Below, piece by piece: positions 17,898 to 24,931 of a stretch of DNA of 36,309 bases (position 1 is its first letter; the number at the start of each line of letters is the position of its first letter). The stretch covers positions 1 through 36,309 of the forward strand of contig JAZDJS010000031.1 in NCBI GenBank assembly GCA_043803745.1. The letters are read 5' to 3'. Below the pieces are notes generated by a model. The model was not told the DNA's origin. It made no database searches and saw nothing but the letters and a program-made list of their open reading frames with translations. The position numbers and the translations under genes were made by a program. Source of the DNA: an archaeon (GTDB taxonomy: Archaea; SpSt-1190; DYHY01).

Positions 17898-18494
17898 ATG
17901 CCTGGTGCTTCGAAAAGCATAGACCCATCAGCTTCTTCTTCCTCCGGAGAGTACAAGATAAACAATGTTGTCGTGACAACCCAGCTTGCGAACAATTTCA
18001 ACCTGATTGACGTGACGAAAAAGGTTCCGGGAAGCGTTTACGAGCCGGGAAACTTTCCGGCGCTCCGCCTGAAGAAATACGAGGCGGGATTCCTCCTCTA
18101 TTCCTCGGGGAAGATAGTCTGCACAGGCGCCAAAAGCACTGCGGGTGCCGAGGAAAAGGTCAGGCTGCTCCAGCAGGAGCTCAAGAAATACGGGATTTCG
18201 ACAATCGCCAAGCCGAAGATCTACGTGAGGAACATTGTCGCATCAATTGACCTGAAACGCGAGCTGAAACTGCACGAGCTCGCATGCCTCATGGAGGAAA
18301 GCGAGTACAATCCGGAATATTTCCCGGGGATGAAGGTGCAGTTCGAGAACACGCGGCTCTTGGTCTTCCGGACGGGCAAGGCAATTCTTCCGGGACTGGG
18401 GAGCATTGAAGAAATCGAGAAAACGGTCAAGTGGCTCAAGGGCCGGCTTTATGAAACCGAGCTTGAGATCGCAAAGCAGGGTCTTCGCAAGTGA
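17898..18494 (+). CDS. tbp: TATA-box binding protein (divergent)
   Basis: Two repeats: INNVV...YEPGNFPA...LLYSSGKIVCTGAKS and RNIVAS...YNPEYFPG...LVFRTGKAILPG. Confidence 0.9.
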   Translation: MPGASKSIDPSASSSSGEYKINNVVVTTQLANNFNLIDVTKKVPGSVYEPGNFPALRLKKYEAGFLLYSSGKIVCTGAKSTAGAEEKVRLLQQELKKYGISTIAKPKIYVRNIVASIDLKRELKLHELACLMEESEYNPEYFPGMKVQFENTRLLVFRTGKAILPGLGSIEEIEKTVKWLKGRLYETELEIAKQGLRK

Positions 18495-18910
18495 CCGGAG
18501 AGCTGCCGGAAGTTTCCTTTGAATGCACTGTTTGCGCGGACTGCTGCAAGGACGTCCCCGGCCACAGGAGGCGGATACTTATTCTCGGGAATGAAATTGC
18601 GGCGATCGAGAGGGAATCGCGCCTGGAAAGGAAGGCGTTTTCCCGCAGGTCCGGAAGGAGGGATTCCTACAAATACCGGATGAAAAAAACCGGGGGCAGT
18701 TGTTTCTTCCTTGGGGCGGACCGTCTCTGCCGGATTTACCGGAAGAGGCCGCTTGTTTGCCGGTTCTATCCGTTCGAGCTTTCCCCTGACGGGAACTGGG
18801 GTGTTTCCCGCTCCTGCGAGGGGATCGGATGCGGGGAAAAAGTGCAGGAAAAGCATTTCAAGGGGCTCGTTTCCGAGGCAAGAAGGAGGTTCTCGGGGAA
18901 ACTTGGTTGA
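18491..18910 (+). CDS. YkgJ family cysteine-cluster (CxxCxxCC) protein
   Basis: FECTVCADCC, CFFL....CRIY..RPLVCRFYPF, CEGIG. Confidence 0.9.
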   Translation: MTGELPEVSFECTVCADCCKDVPGHRRRILILGNEIAAIERESRLERKAFSRRSGRRDSYKYRMKKTGGSCFFLGADRLCRIYRKRPLVCRFYPFELSPDGNWGVSRSCEGIGCGEKVQEKHFKGLVSEARRRFSGKLG

Positions 18911-19415
18911 AACCGAAGTGAAAATCCTGGGGATAAACGAGCGAGCCGTTGAGTCGCGGCTGAAGGCGCTCGGAGCAAGGAAGATTTTCGACGGGAGGAT
19001 TGACGGGCTTGCCCTTGACTTTCCGGACGGGGTCCTTTGGAAATCCGGAGCGCTGCTGAGATTGAGAAAAAGGGGGAAAAATTCCGAGCTCACCTTCAAG
19101 AGGGTCGTTTCCGGAAAAAGAACCAAGCGGGCCGTCGAGATTGAAACCGATGTTTCGGATTTCGCGCGAGCAAAGCGGATTTTCGAGGCGCTCGGGCTTG
19201 TTGAGAAGTGGAGGATCTCCAAGCACAGGACATCCTACAAGCTCGGAAAAGCCGAGATTGAAATTGACAAACTTCCCGGAATCCCCGCATATCTCGAAAT
19301 TGAGGCGGAAAGCTTCGGCGAAATAAGGCGGATTGCGGAACGCCTCGGCTTTGGGGCTGGCGAGCTCAAGCCCTGGTCGATGCGGGACGTTATCGCGCAT
19401 TATAGTAAAAAGTAA
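18903..19415 (+). CDS. CYTH / class IV adenylate cyclase-like triphosphate tunnel enzyme
   Basis: ETEVK (ExExK), LRLR, LTFK, EIET, IEIDKLPGI..YLEIE. TTG start at 18903. Confidence 0.9.
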   Translation: MVETEVKILGINERAVESRLKALGARKIFDGRIDGLALDFPDGVLWKSGALLRLRKRGKNSELTFKRVVSGKRTKRAVEIETDVSDFARAKRIFEALGLVEKWRISKHRTSYKLGKAEIEIDKLPGIPAYLEIEAESFGEIRRIAERLGFGAGELKPWSMRDVIAHYSKK

Positions 19416-19439
19416 AAAGGGTTGGCGCGAGTTTCATCC

Positions 19440-19519
19440 GCTCCGCCCATAGCCGAACGCTTGTGATTCTGATGCACAACATCTAACGTGAGCAGGCGTG
19501 CGAGGGCGGGGCAACAGTT
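19440..19519 (+). ncRNA. Putative box H/ACA pseudouridylation guide RNA (single hairpin with K-turn)
   Basis: Hand-folded. Lower stem GCUCCGCCC/GGGCGGGGC, pocket AUAGCCGA/GCGA, upper stem ACGCUUG/CAGGCGU, K-turn UGA / CGU-GAG, apical GAUG/CAUC. ACA at 19514-19516 lies 14 nt from the upper stem. G-U pairs favour the + strand. Confidence 0.7.
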
Positions 19520-19644
19520 CTTAGGCTTGCCCTCCGGCAGGGGGAGAGAGGGGGGAGAGGGCGGGGCTGAGCGGAGGGAGGGAAGACGGAACGTTTATTA
19601 GAAAAAAGTCTCTTTTTTATACAAGGCGCGAGGGAATTCCGGCA

Positions 19645-20400
19645 ATGGCAATCAAGCTTGTCCTCCTCAGGCACGGAAAAAGCACCGACAATATCGGAGG
19701 GATCTTTTCCGGATGGCGTGACTGCGACCTTGCGGACGCAGGGATTGCTGAAGCGCATGCAGCCGGGAGGAAGCTCAAGGAGGGAGGGTATTCTTTCGAA
19801 GTTTCTTTCACTTCCTACCTTCGGCGGGCGATAAAGACGCTCTGGATTGCGCTTGAGGAGCTCGACCTGCTATGGATTCCCGAGGTGAAGGACTGGCGGC
19901 TTAACGAGCGGCACTATGGCGCGCTCCAGGGCAGGAAACACGAAGAGATTGAGGCAAAATTCGGAAAAGAGCGGGAATTTCTCTGGAGGCGGAGCTTCGA
20001 AACCCGCCCGCCTCTTCTTGAGGACGGGGATTCCCGCCTTGCCGAGAACGAGGCGAAGTATTCGGGGATTCCCGGCATTCCAAGAGGCGAGTCCCTGAAG
20101 GACGTGATTCCGAGGGTTTCGTCATTCTACCACGAAATGGTTGTCCCGCTCCTGAAGAAGAGGAAGCGGATATTGATTTCCGCGAGCCACAACAGCCTCC
20201 GGGCGCTTGTCAGCTATTTCGAGGAACTCCCGACCGAGAAAATCCCCGAGCTCAACATCCCGACCGGCATACCGCTTGTCTACGAGCTTGACGAAGAAAG
20301 CCTGAAGCCACTCAAGCACTATTACCTTGCAAGCGACGAGCAGGTCGAAACTGCGCTGAAGAGCGTCCGGGTTTCTTCCGGACCGGTTCCGGGAAAATAG
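19645..20400 (+). CDS. gpmA: 2,3-bisphosphoglycerate-dependent phosphoglycerate mutase
   Basis: LVLLRHGKS, FSGWRD, WRLNERHYGALQG, WRRSF, GESLKD, SHNSLRAL, LNIPTGIPLVYELD. Confidence 0.93.
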   Translation: MAIKLVLLRHGKSTDNIGGIFSGWRDCDLADAGIAEAHAAGRKLKEGGYSFEVSFTSYLRRAIKTLWIALEELDLLWIPEVKDWRLNERHYGALQGRKHEEIEAKFGKEREFLWRRSFETRPPLLEDGDSRLAENEAKYSGIPGIPRGESLKDVIPRVSSFYHEMVVPLLKKRKRILISASHNSLRALVSYFEELPTEKIPELNIPTGIPLVYELDEESLKPLKHYYLASDEQVETALKSVRVSSGPVPGK

Positions 20401-20443
20401 GGAAGTGTTTTTAACTTGAAAAGGGGGCTTGGTTCAGCGAAAG

Positions 20444-21247
20444 ATGGCAGCCGGCGAAGGTAAGGATTCAGAGGGGGGAACGGCTGAGAAGGCAGCCGCT
20501 TCTGAACCGGTCATTAGGGAGAAGCACGTGCCTGTGCCAGTAATCCAGCTTATGGAGAATTACAACAAAGTTGAGCGGGCTGAAAGCGGGATTCCCGGGT
20601 TCGACGACCTTGTTGCGGGAGGGATTCCGAGAGGCTCTTTCGTCCTCCTTTCGGGCATGTGCGGGACGGGAAAAACCACCTTCTCAATGCAGTTCCTTTA
20701 CGACGGGGCGAAAAGGGGGGAGCCGGGGGTTTTCATCTCCCTTGAGGAACAGCCGGAAACCCTGATACGGAACGCCGGGCTTTTCGGACTCGATTTCTAC
20801 GAGCTCATACGGAAGAAGGTCTTCGCGGTCAAGTTCTTCGAGCTCTACGACTTTGACAAGTTCAGGACGAACCTCGAGGAGATAGTTGACGAAATGAAGG
20901 CGAAGCGCGTCGTGATAGAATCCTCCTCGATCCTGGGGCTTTTCTTCGAGGACAAGTACAAGTTCAGGAAGGCGCTTCTCGAGCTTGCGAAGATAATGAG
21001 GGAACGGAACATCACGACCATCCTGATTTCAGAGGTTGCGGAGGGTTCGGAAGCGCTAAGCACCTTCGGGGTCGAGGAATTCGCCGCCGACGGCGTGATT
21101 TGCATGAATTATGTAAAGGCGGGAAACGTTTTCATGCGCGCCCTCAACATAAGGAAGATGCGGGACACTATACATTCGATGAAGATACATCCGCTCCAGA
21201 TGACCGGGCACGGGGTTTACATCTACCCGACGGAAGAAATTTTCTGA
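20444..21247 (+). CDS. KaiC/RAD55-like single-domain RecA-superfamily ATPase
   Basis: SGIPGFDDL..GGIP, GMCGTGKT, FISLEE, EEFAADGVI, IRKMRDT.HS. Confidence 0.9.
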   Translation: MAAGEGKDSEGGTAEKAAASEPVIREKHVPVPVIQLMENYNKVERAESGIPGFDDLVAGGIPRGSFVLLSGMCGTGKTTFSMQFLYDGAKRGEPGVFISLEEQPETLIRNAGLFGLDFYELIRKKVFAVKFFELYDFDKFRTNLEEIVDEMKAKRVVIESSSILGLFFEDKYKFRKALLELAKIMRERNITTILISEVAEGSEALSTFGVEEFAADGVICMNYVKAGNVFMRALNIRKMRDTIHSMKIHPLQMTGHGVYIYPTEEIF

Positions 21248-21413
21248 GTCCTGAAACGGATGCTCTAAGCAGATTTCTGAATTACCCCCCTAATGGCCGA
21301 ACGGAGTGAGGTTCAGCATCTCCGAGGGCGGAAGGCGAGTTAGGTAATTAATGTGAGGCGCACTTTCCGGTGCTGAGGCACAGGGGTCCGACTGCGCCGC
21401 AACTGAGAAATTT

Positions 21414-21447
21414 GAAAAAAGAAAGAATTGGGGCCCTTTCAGGCCCC
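21414..21447 (-). terminator. Hairpin plus U-tract terminator after pilin A
   Basis: Minus strand GGGGCCU-GAAA-GGGCCCC followed by AAUUCUUUCUUUUUUC, starting 18 nt after the stop. Confidence 0.7.
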
Positions 21448-21465
21448 TGCTGGTTAGGGTTAGCC

Positions 21466-21951
21466 TTACTCCATCTTCCCGGTTATTGTTCCCGTGTCGA
21501 CGTGCGTCAGCCCGCCTGCAGTGAAGTAGATGCTTGCGGTAAGTGTGTAGGATTTTCCGGTCGTAAGCGTTCCGAGGCAGTCAGTAACGTTCGAGGTTGT
21601 CGGAAGGGTTGACGTTCCGTCCGATGAAAGCTGGACTGCTGAAGAAACGTTGTATTGGCAGTCCCCGGTCGCCCCTGTCCTTGATGCGGAAAGGTTGGTT
21701 ATCGTTATTGCATCGCCGAACCTGTTCCCGACCAGGATCGTCAGCCCGGTTGTGTTGAGCTTCCAGTCGCTCACCTGGAGGCTTGAGAACCCGGTCGCTC
21801 TCTTGTTAGAGCCCCATGTCGAGGGGTTGAAAATCCCCAACGCGAAAAGGGCTCCGCCGATTATGACGATAATCAGGATTGCCCATCCATATGTGATCAA
21901 ATATTCCAGTGCGCCTTGGGAAGTTCTCCCTTGTCCTTTCTTCGATGCCAT
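21466..21951 (-). CDS. Type IV pilin A (class III signal peptide)
   Basis: MASKKGQGRTS-QGALEYLITYGWAILIIVIIGGALFALG, then a Ser/Thr/Asn-rich globular domain with a Cys pair. SD AGGTGA upstream. Confidence 0.9.
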   Translation of the reverse strand: MASKKGQGRTSQGALEYLITYGWAILIIVIIGGALFALGIFNPSTWGSNKRATGFSSLQVSDWKLNTTGLTILVGNRFGDAITITNLSASRTGATGDCQYNVSSAVQLSSDGTSTLPTTSNVTDCLGTLTTGKSYTLTASIYFTAGGLTHVDTGTITGKME

Positions 21952-22027
21952 TTTTTCAATTCACCTTGTTTAGTTATTTGGTGACAAAAGGGCGCAATTG
22001 GTATTTATAGTTTGGCCGTTTTTAAGG
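21842..22027. repeat. Direct repeat copy 1: pilin promoter, 5' UTR and N-terminal coding region
   Basis: 21842-21918 is identical to 22580-22656, and 21934-21971 to 22657-22694. The upstream region is near-identical to 22750. Confidence 0.9.
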
Positions 22028-22131
22028 AGAAGCGAGCCTGAGAAAAGCTGGTTCGGACCGATTCCGGGAGAAAATTGAGAAAAGCCGGGGAAAACAAATT
22101 AGCCCCGAGAGCCTGCCGCGCGCCCTGATGA

Positions 22132-22170
22132 AGGACTCGTCCTTAGGACTCGTCCTTAGGACTCGATCTT
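22132..22170. repeat. 13-bp tandem repeat AGGACTCGTCCTT x3 (third copy imperfect) spanning the pilin B stop codon
   Basis: Seen directly; each unit is quasi-palindromic (AGGAC-TC-GTCCT). Confidence 0.85.
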
Positions 22171-22674
22171 CCCGGTGATTGTTCCGGAGTCAAGGTGGGT
22201 TACTCCGCTTGACGTTTGGTACTGGAACTGGACCGTAAGAGTGTATGCTTTCCCGATGCCAGCTGAACCGCAGTTGTCCGCTGCGCCGCCATAGGTTCCG
22301 GTCAGTGTTGAGGCTGCTGAAGGGGGTCCTGGGAAAATCTTTCCTGTTTCGTCGGCAGTGAGGTTTCCCAGGGCGGCGATAGTTCCGTTCGAGAAGCAGG
22401 GTGTTGTCTGCCCGGCTGCAGTCATGTTAATTGTCTCAAGATAGATTGGGTCGCCAATCTTGTTTCCAAGGACGAAAGAAGCCCCGGTTGTCCCGATTTT
22501 CCAGTCCTTGACCTGGACTGATGCGAATCCGGTCGCCCTCTTGTTCGAAACCCAGCTTGACGGGTTGAATACTCCGAGTGCGAAAAGGGCTCCGCCGATT
22601 ATGACGATAATCAGGATTGCCCATCCATATGTGATCAAATATTCCAGTGCGCCTTGTCCTTTCTTCGATGCCAT
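22156..22674 (-). CDS. Type IV pilin B (class III signal peptide), paralog of pilin A
   Basis: MASKKG-QGALEYLITYGWAIL...; shares NKRATGF, DWK, YTLT and H.D.GTITGK with pilin A. Confidence 0.9.
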   Translation of the reverse strand: MASKKGQGALEYLITYGWAILIIVIIGGALFALGVFNPSSWVSNKRATGFASVQVKDWKIGTTGASFVLGNKIGDPIYLETINMTAAGQTTPCFSNGTIAALGNLTADETGKIFPGPPSAASTLTGTYGGAADNCGSAGIGKAYTLTVQFQYQTSSGVTHLDSGTITGKIES

Positions 22675-22750
22675 TTTTTCAATTCACCTTGTTTGGTTAT
22701 TTAGTGACAACGGAGCGCACTTGGTATTTATAGTTTGGCCGTTTTTAAGG
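22580..22750. repeat. Direct repeat copy 2 of the pilin promoter and N-terminus
   Basis: Includes minus-strand CCTTAAAAACGGCCAAACTATAAATACCAA (TATA box) and the AGGTGA SD, both shared with copy 1. Confidence 0.9.
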
Positions 22751-22753
22751 GTT

Positions 22754-23890
22754 TCAGGCTTCCAGGTATGCCCTGGAAATCCCCTCAAGAACCGCTGCCG
22801 AAACCACTTCGGACTGCTTGGCGGGAATTCCGAACACTGTGAAAAACTGGATTCCGGAGGCGTCGACAATTGGCGCGTTCCCGGCTGTCAGCTTCCTTTC
22901 CTGCGCAGCTCCCATCATTTGCGAATGCATTCTTTGGGCAGGTTCCCTCGGAAGCTCGGTTCCATCCAGTCCGGAAGAGTAGAAATTCGCCTGCACGTTT
23001 GAACCTGGATTGACACCGATATCAAGCCTTGCCGTTTCCCCCTCTGGAAAGACTATTTTCGCAGTGAATGGCTTCTTGCTTGTGCGGTAGGTGTAAGCGG
23101 ATTCCTCAAGCGCTATCTGCAGGCCGCGGTAAAGGCGCTCGTGAATCTGGTCGTCGGTTTCCCCGAGCGGATTGTAGAGCTCGCCTTCGCCAGTAACATG
23201 AACAAGATAGTCATAGCCGCCCGTCGCCTTGCTTGTTGCAGAGCAGATTCTTGCATCTGAAACGCGCTTGCCAATCCAGGAAAAAACCGTTTCCTCGGTT
23301 TCGGGTAGCAACTTTCCTGTCTCGGCAATTGACTGGATTCTTCGAGCGCCCTTGATTTGTCCGGCCTCCTTAAGGCGCCTCAGTGGTCCGATTGCCCCCG
23401 CCCCGGAAGCGACCAGGTGGTCCACAAGAAGCGCAAGAGCAATGAGCGGAGCGACCGGCTTGTCAAAATTGTCTGCAGCGGCTATTGCGATAAGCGACAT
23501 GCCGAAATCAGCTGAGGCCCCCCAGATGTTGGCATATGCCTCGCGCCCCACGATTTCCCGAAGAGCCGCGCCAGCGGTGTAAGGCTCCCTTGAACCTAGG
23601 TATGCAATCCCGCCCAGTCGGCTGCGCAGGTCCTTTATTCCCGAAGCTTCGCCCCTGTTGGGTTTCCCGAGCGCCCGTTCTTTATCCCCGATCCTAACTC
23701 GCACTTTCCGGAGGGAGGAATCCGCAAGGAGGGCCGCCCTCCAGGCGGCGACATATGCGGCATCATCTCCCAAAATCCCGAACCGCTCGCACTCCGCATC
23801 CGTCGGAAGGTAGATTGAAAGCACGCCGTCCGAAAGTTTCGTCCGTTCAGCAACCCCGGTAAGAGCAGGATCTTGTTTCTCCCTCGCCAT
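22754..23890 (-). CDS. Hypothetical protein (378 aa) within the pilus locus
   Basis: Long ORF with no recognisable motif or signal peptide. TTTAAA lies about 22-27 nt upstream. Confidence 0.7.
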   Translation of the reverse strand: MAREKQDPALTGVAERTKLSDGVLSIYLPTDAECERFGILGDDAAYVAAWRAALLADSSLRKVRVRIGDKERALGKPNRGEASGIKDLRSRLGGIAYLGSREPYTAGAALREIVGREAYANIWGASADFGMSLIAIAAADNFDKPVAPLIALALLVDHLVASGAGAIGPLRRLKEAGQIKGARRIQSIAETGKLLPETEETVFSWIGKRVSDARICSATSKATGGYDYLVHVTGEGELYNPLGETDDQIHERLYRGLQIALEESAYTYRTSKKPFTAKIVFPEGETARLDIGVNPGSNVQANFYSSGLDGTELPREPAQRMHSQMMGAAQERKLTAGNAPIVDASGIQFFTVFGIPAKQSEVVSAAVLEGISRAYLEA

Positions 23891-23923
23891 CCGGAACGGA
23901 TGTGTTTCTCCTTTAAATCGATT

Positions 23924-24931
23924 TCACTGGATTATGCTTCCGACCGAGCCGGAGACAAAGGACCGGACAAGGAAGAAGACGACAAGCCCGATGAGGACGA
24001 GGATTGGCGCGTATTTCAAAGTGTTCTTCGAGTTGCCCGATTCTATCAGGGAAATCGTCACCCCGGAAATTATTGCCGAGGTTATTATGCTTGCAATCGA
24101 GTACTGGACCATGAAGGCTATTGAAATCGACGTCTGGGAGAACTTGAGAGGGCTGTGGGAATAAACGTCGGTTGAGAAAGATGCGGGGTCTATTCCTCCG
24201 GAAATCCGCCCCATGCTTTCGACAAGGAACGTCGAGATTGCGTAAAGGGCGGGCCCTCCGATCCCGACCGCAAGGAAAATGAAGATGACATACATCATCA
24301 CCTGGGAGCGGACCTCTGCGCGCAAGGTCGCAGCGTTCCGGATATCCTCGGCGGTTTCCTCGAGGAGCGTTGCAAGCTCGCCGCCGGATTTTATCCCCTC
24401 GGCAATGAGGCGCGTCGTCCTTTTGACGAGCGGGGAGTTTATTCGCTCCCCCATCCCCAGGATTGCTGATGAAAGGTCCTTTCCCGTGACAGACTGCTTG
24501 GCAACGATTTTTATCTCGGTCTCAAGGATGCCGAACTCGGGCCGTGCAGCCATGAGGAGCGCCTTGTCCGGGGTGAGCCCCGAGCGGATGTGGGATGCCG
24601 TAAGCTGGAGCGCATCGGGAAGGAGGCTTTCGCAGGACTGCGCCTTCCGGTCCATTGTGTAGAAGAGGAAAAGGTAGAGCCCCGCCTGGATTGAAAGGAA
24701 AACCGCAGGAAGAATGAGCGCAAGGAACCAAGGGTTCAGCCCGAAAAGAAGGGTTATCAGGATTGCGGCAATTGGCGAAGAAAGAATCCCGTAGAAAGCG
24801 ACCGTCCCCGTGAGGATTGTCGGGTCAGCCTCAATGTCCGAGTATGTCAGGAGGGATTTCACCTGCTTCCGGTAGGCGGCCGGGAAGAGGTTGCCGAGGG
24901 AAATGCATACCCGCTTGAGGTTCTCAGACAT
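23924..24931 (-). CDS. Type II/IV secretion F-domain membrane platform protein (TadC/ArlJ-like)
   Basis: LPDALQLTASHIRSGLTP..AL, EFGIL..EI, SGGELATLLEETAEDIR; multiple TM segments. Confidence 0.9.
   Translation of the reverse strand: MSENLKRVCISLGNLFPAAYRKQVKSLLTYSDIEADPTILTGTVAFYGILSSPIAAILITLLFGLNPWFLALILPAVFLSIQAGLYLFLFYTMDRKAQSCESLLPDALQLTASHIRSGLTPDKALLMAARPEFGILETEIKIVAKQSVTGKDLSSAILGMGERINSPLVKRTTRLIAEGIKSGGELATLLEETAEDIRNAATLRAEVRSQVMMYVIFIFLAVGIGGPALYAISTFLVESMGRISGGIDPASFSTDVYSHSPLKFSQTSISIAFMVQYSIASIITSAIISGVTISLIESGNSKNTLKYAPILVLIGLVVFFLVRSFVSGSVGSIIQ

Noticed and set aside
19420-19540. tRNA or 5S rRNA (minus strand ends in CGCCA; plus strand has GCCCATAGC)
   Set aside because: No cloverleaf, T-loop or 5S conserved blocks; the H/ACA fold explains the region better.
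21250-21410. RNase P RNA or SRP RNA (GGAAAGTGC on the minus strand; rnp4 and srp54 are in the window)
   Set aside because: Too short, and lacks the P4 GAGGAA..UCC motif and the SRP helix-8 motif.
22126-22170. CTGATGA followed by a stem, resembling a hammerhead ribozyme core or a C box
   Set aside because: No GAAA after stem II, no stems I/III, and no appropriately spaced D box.
22132-22170. Mini CRISPR array
   Set aside because: Units are 13 bp with no spacers, and there are no cas genes.
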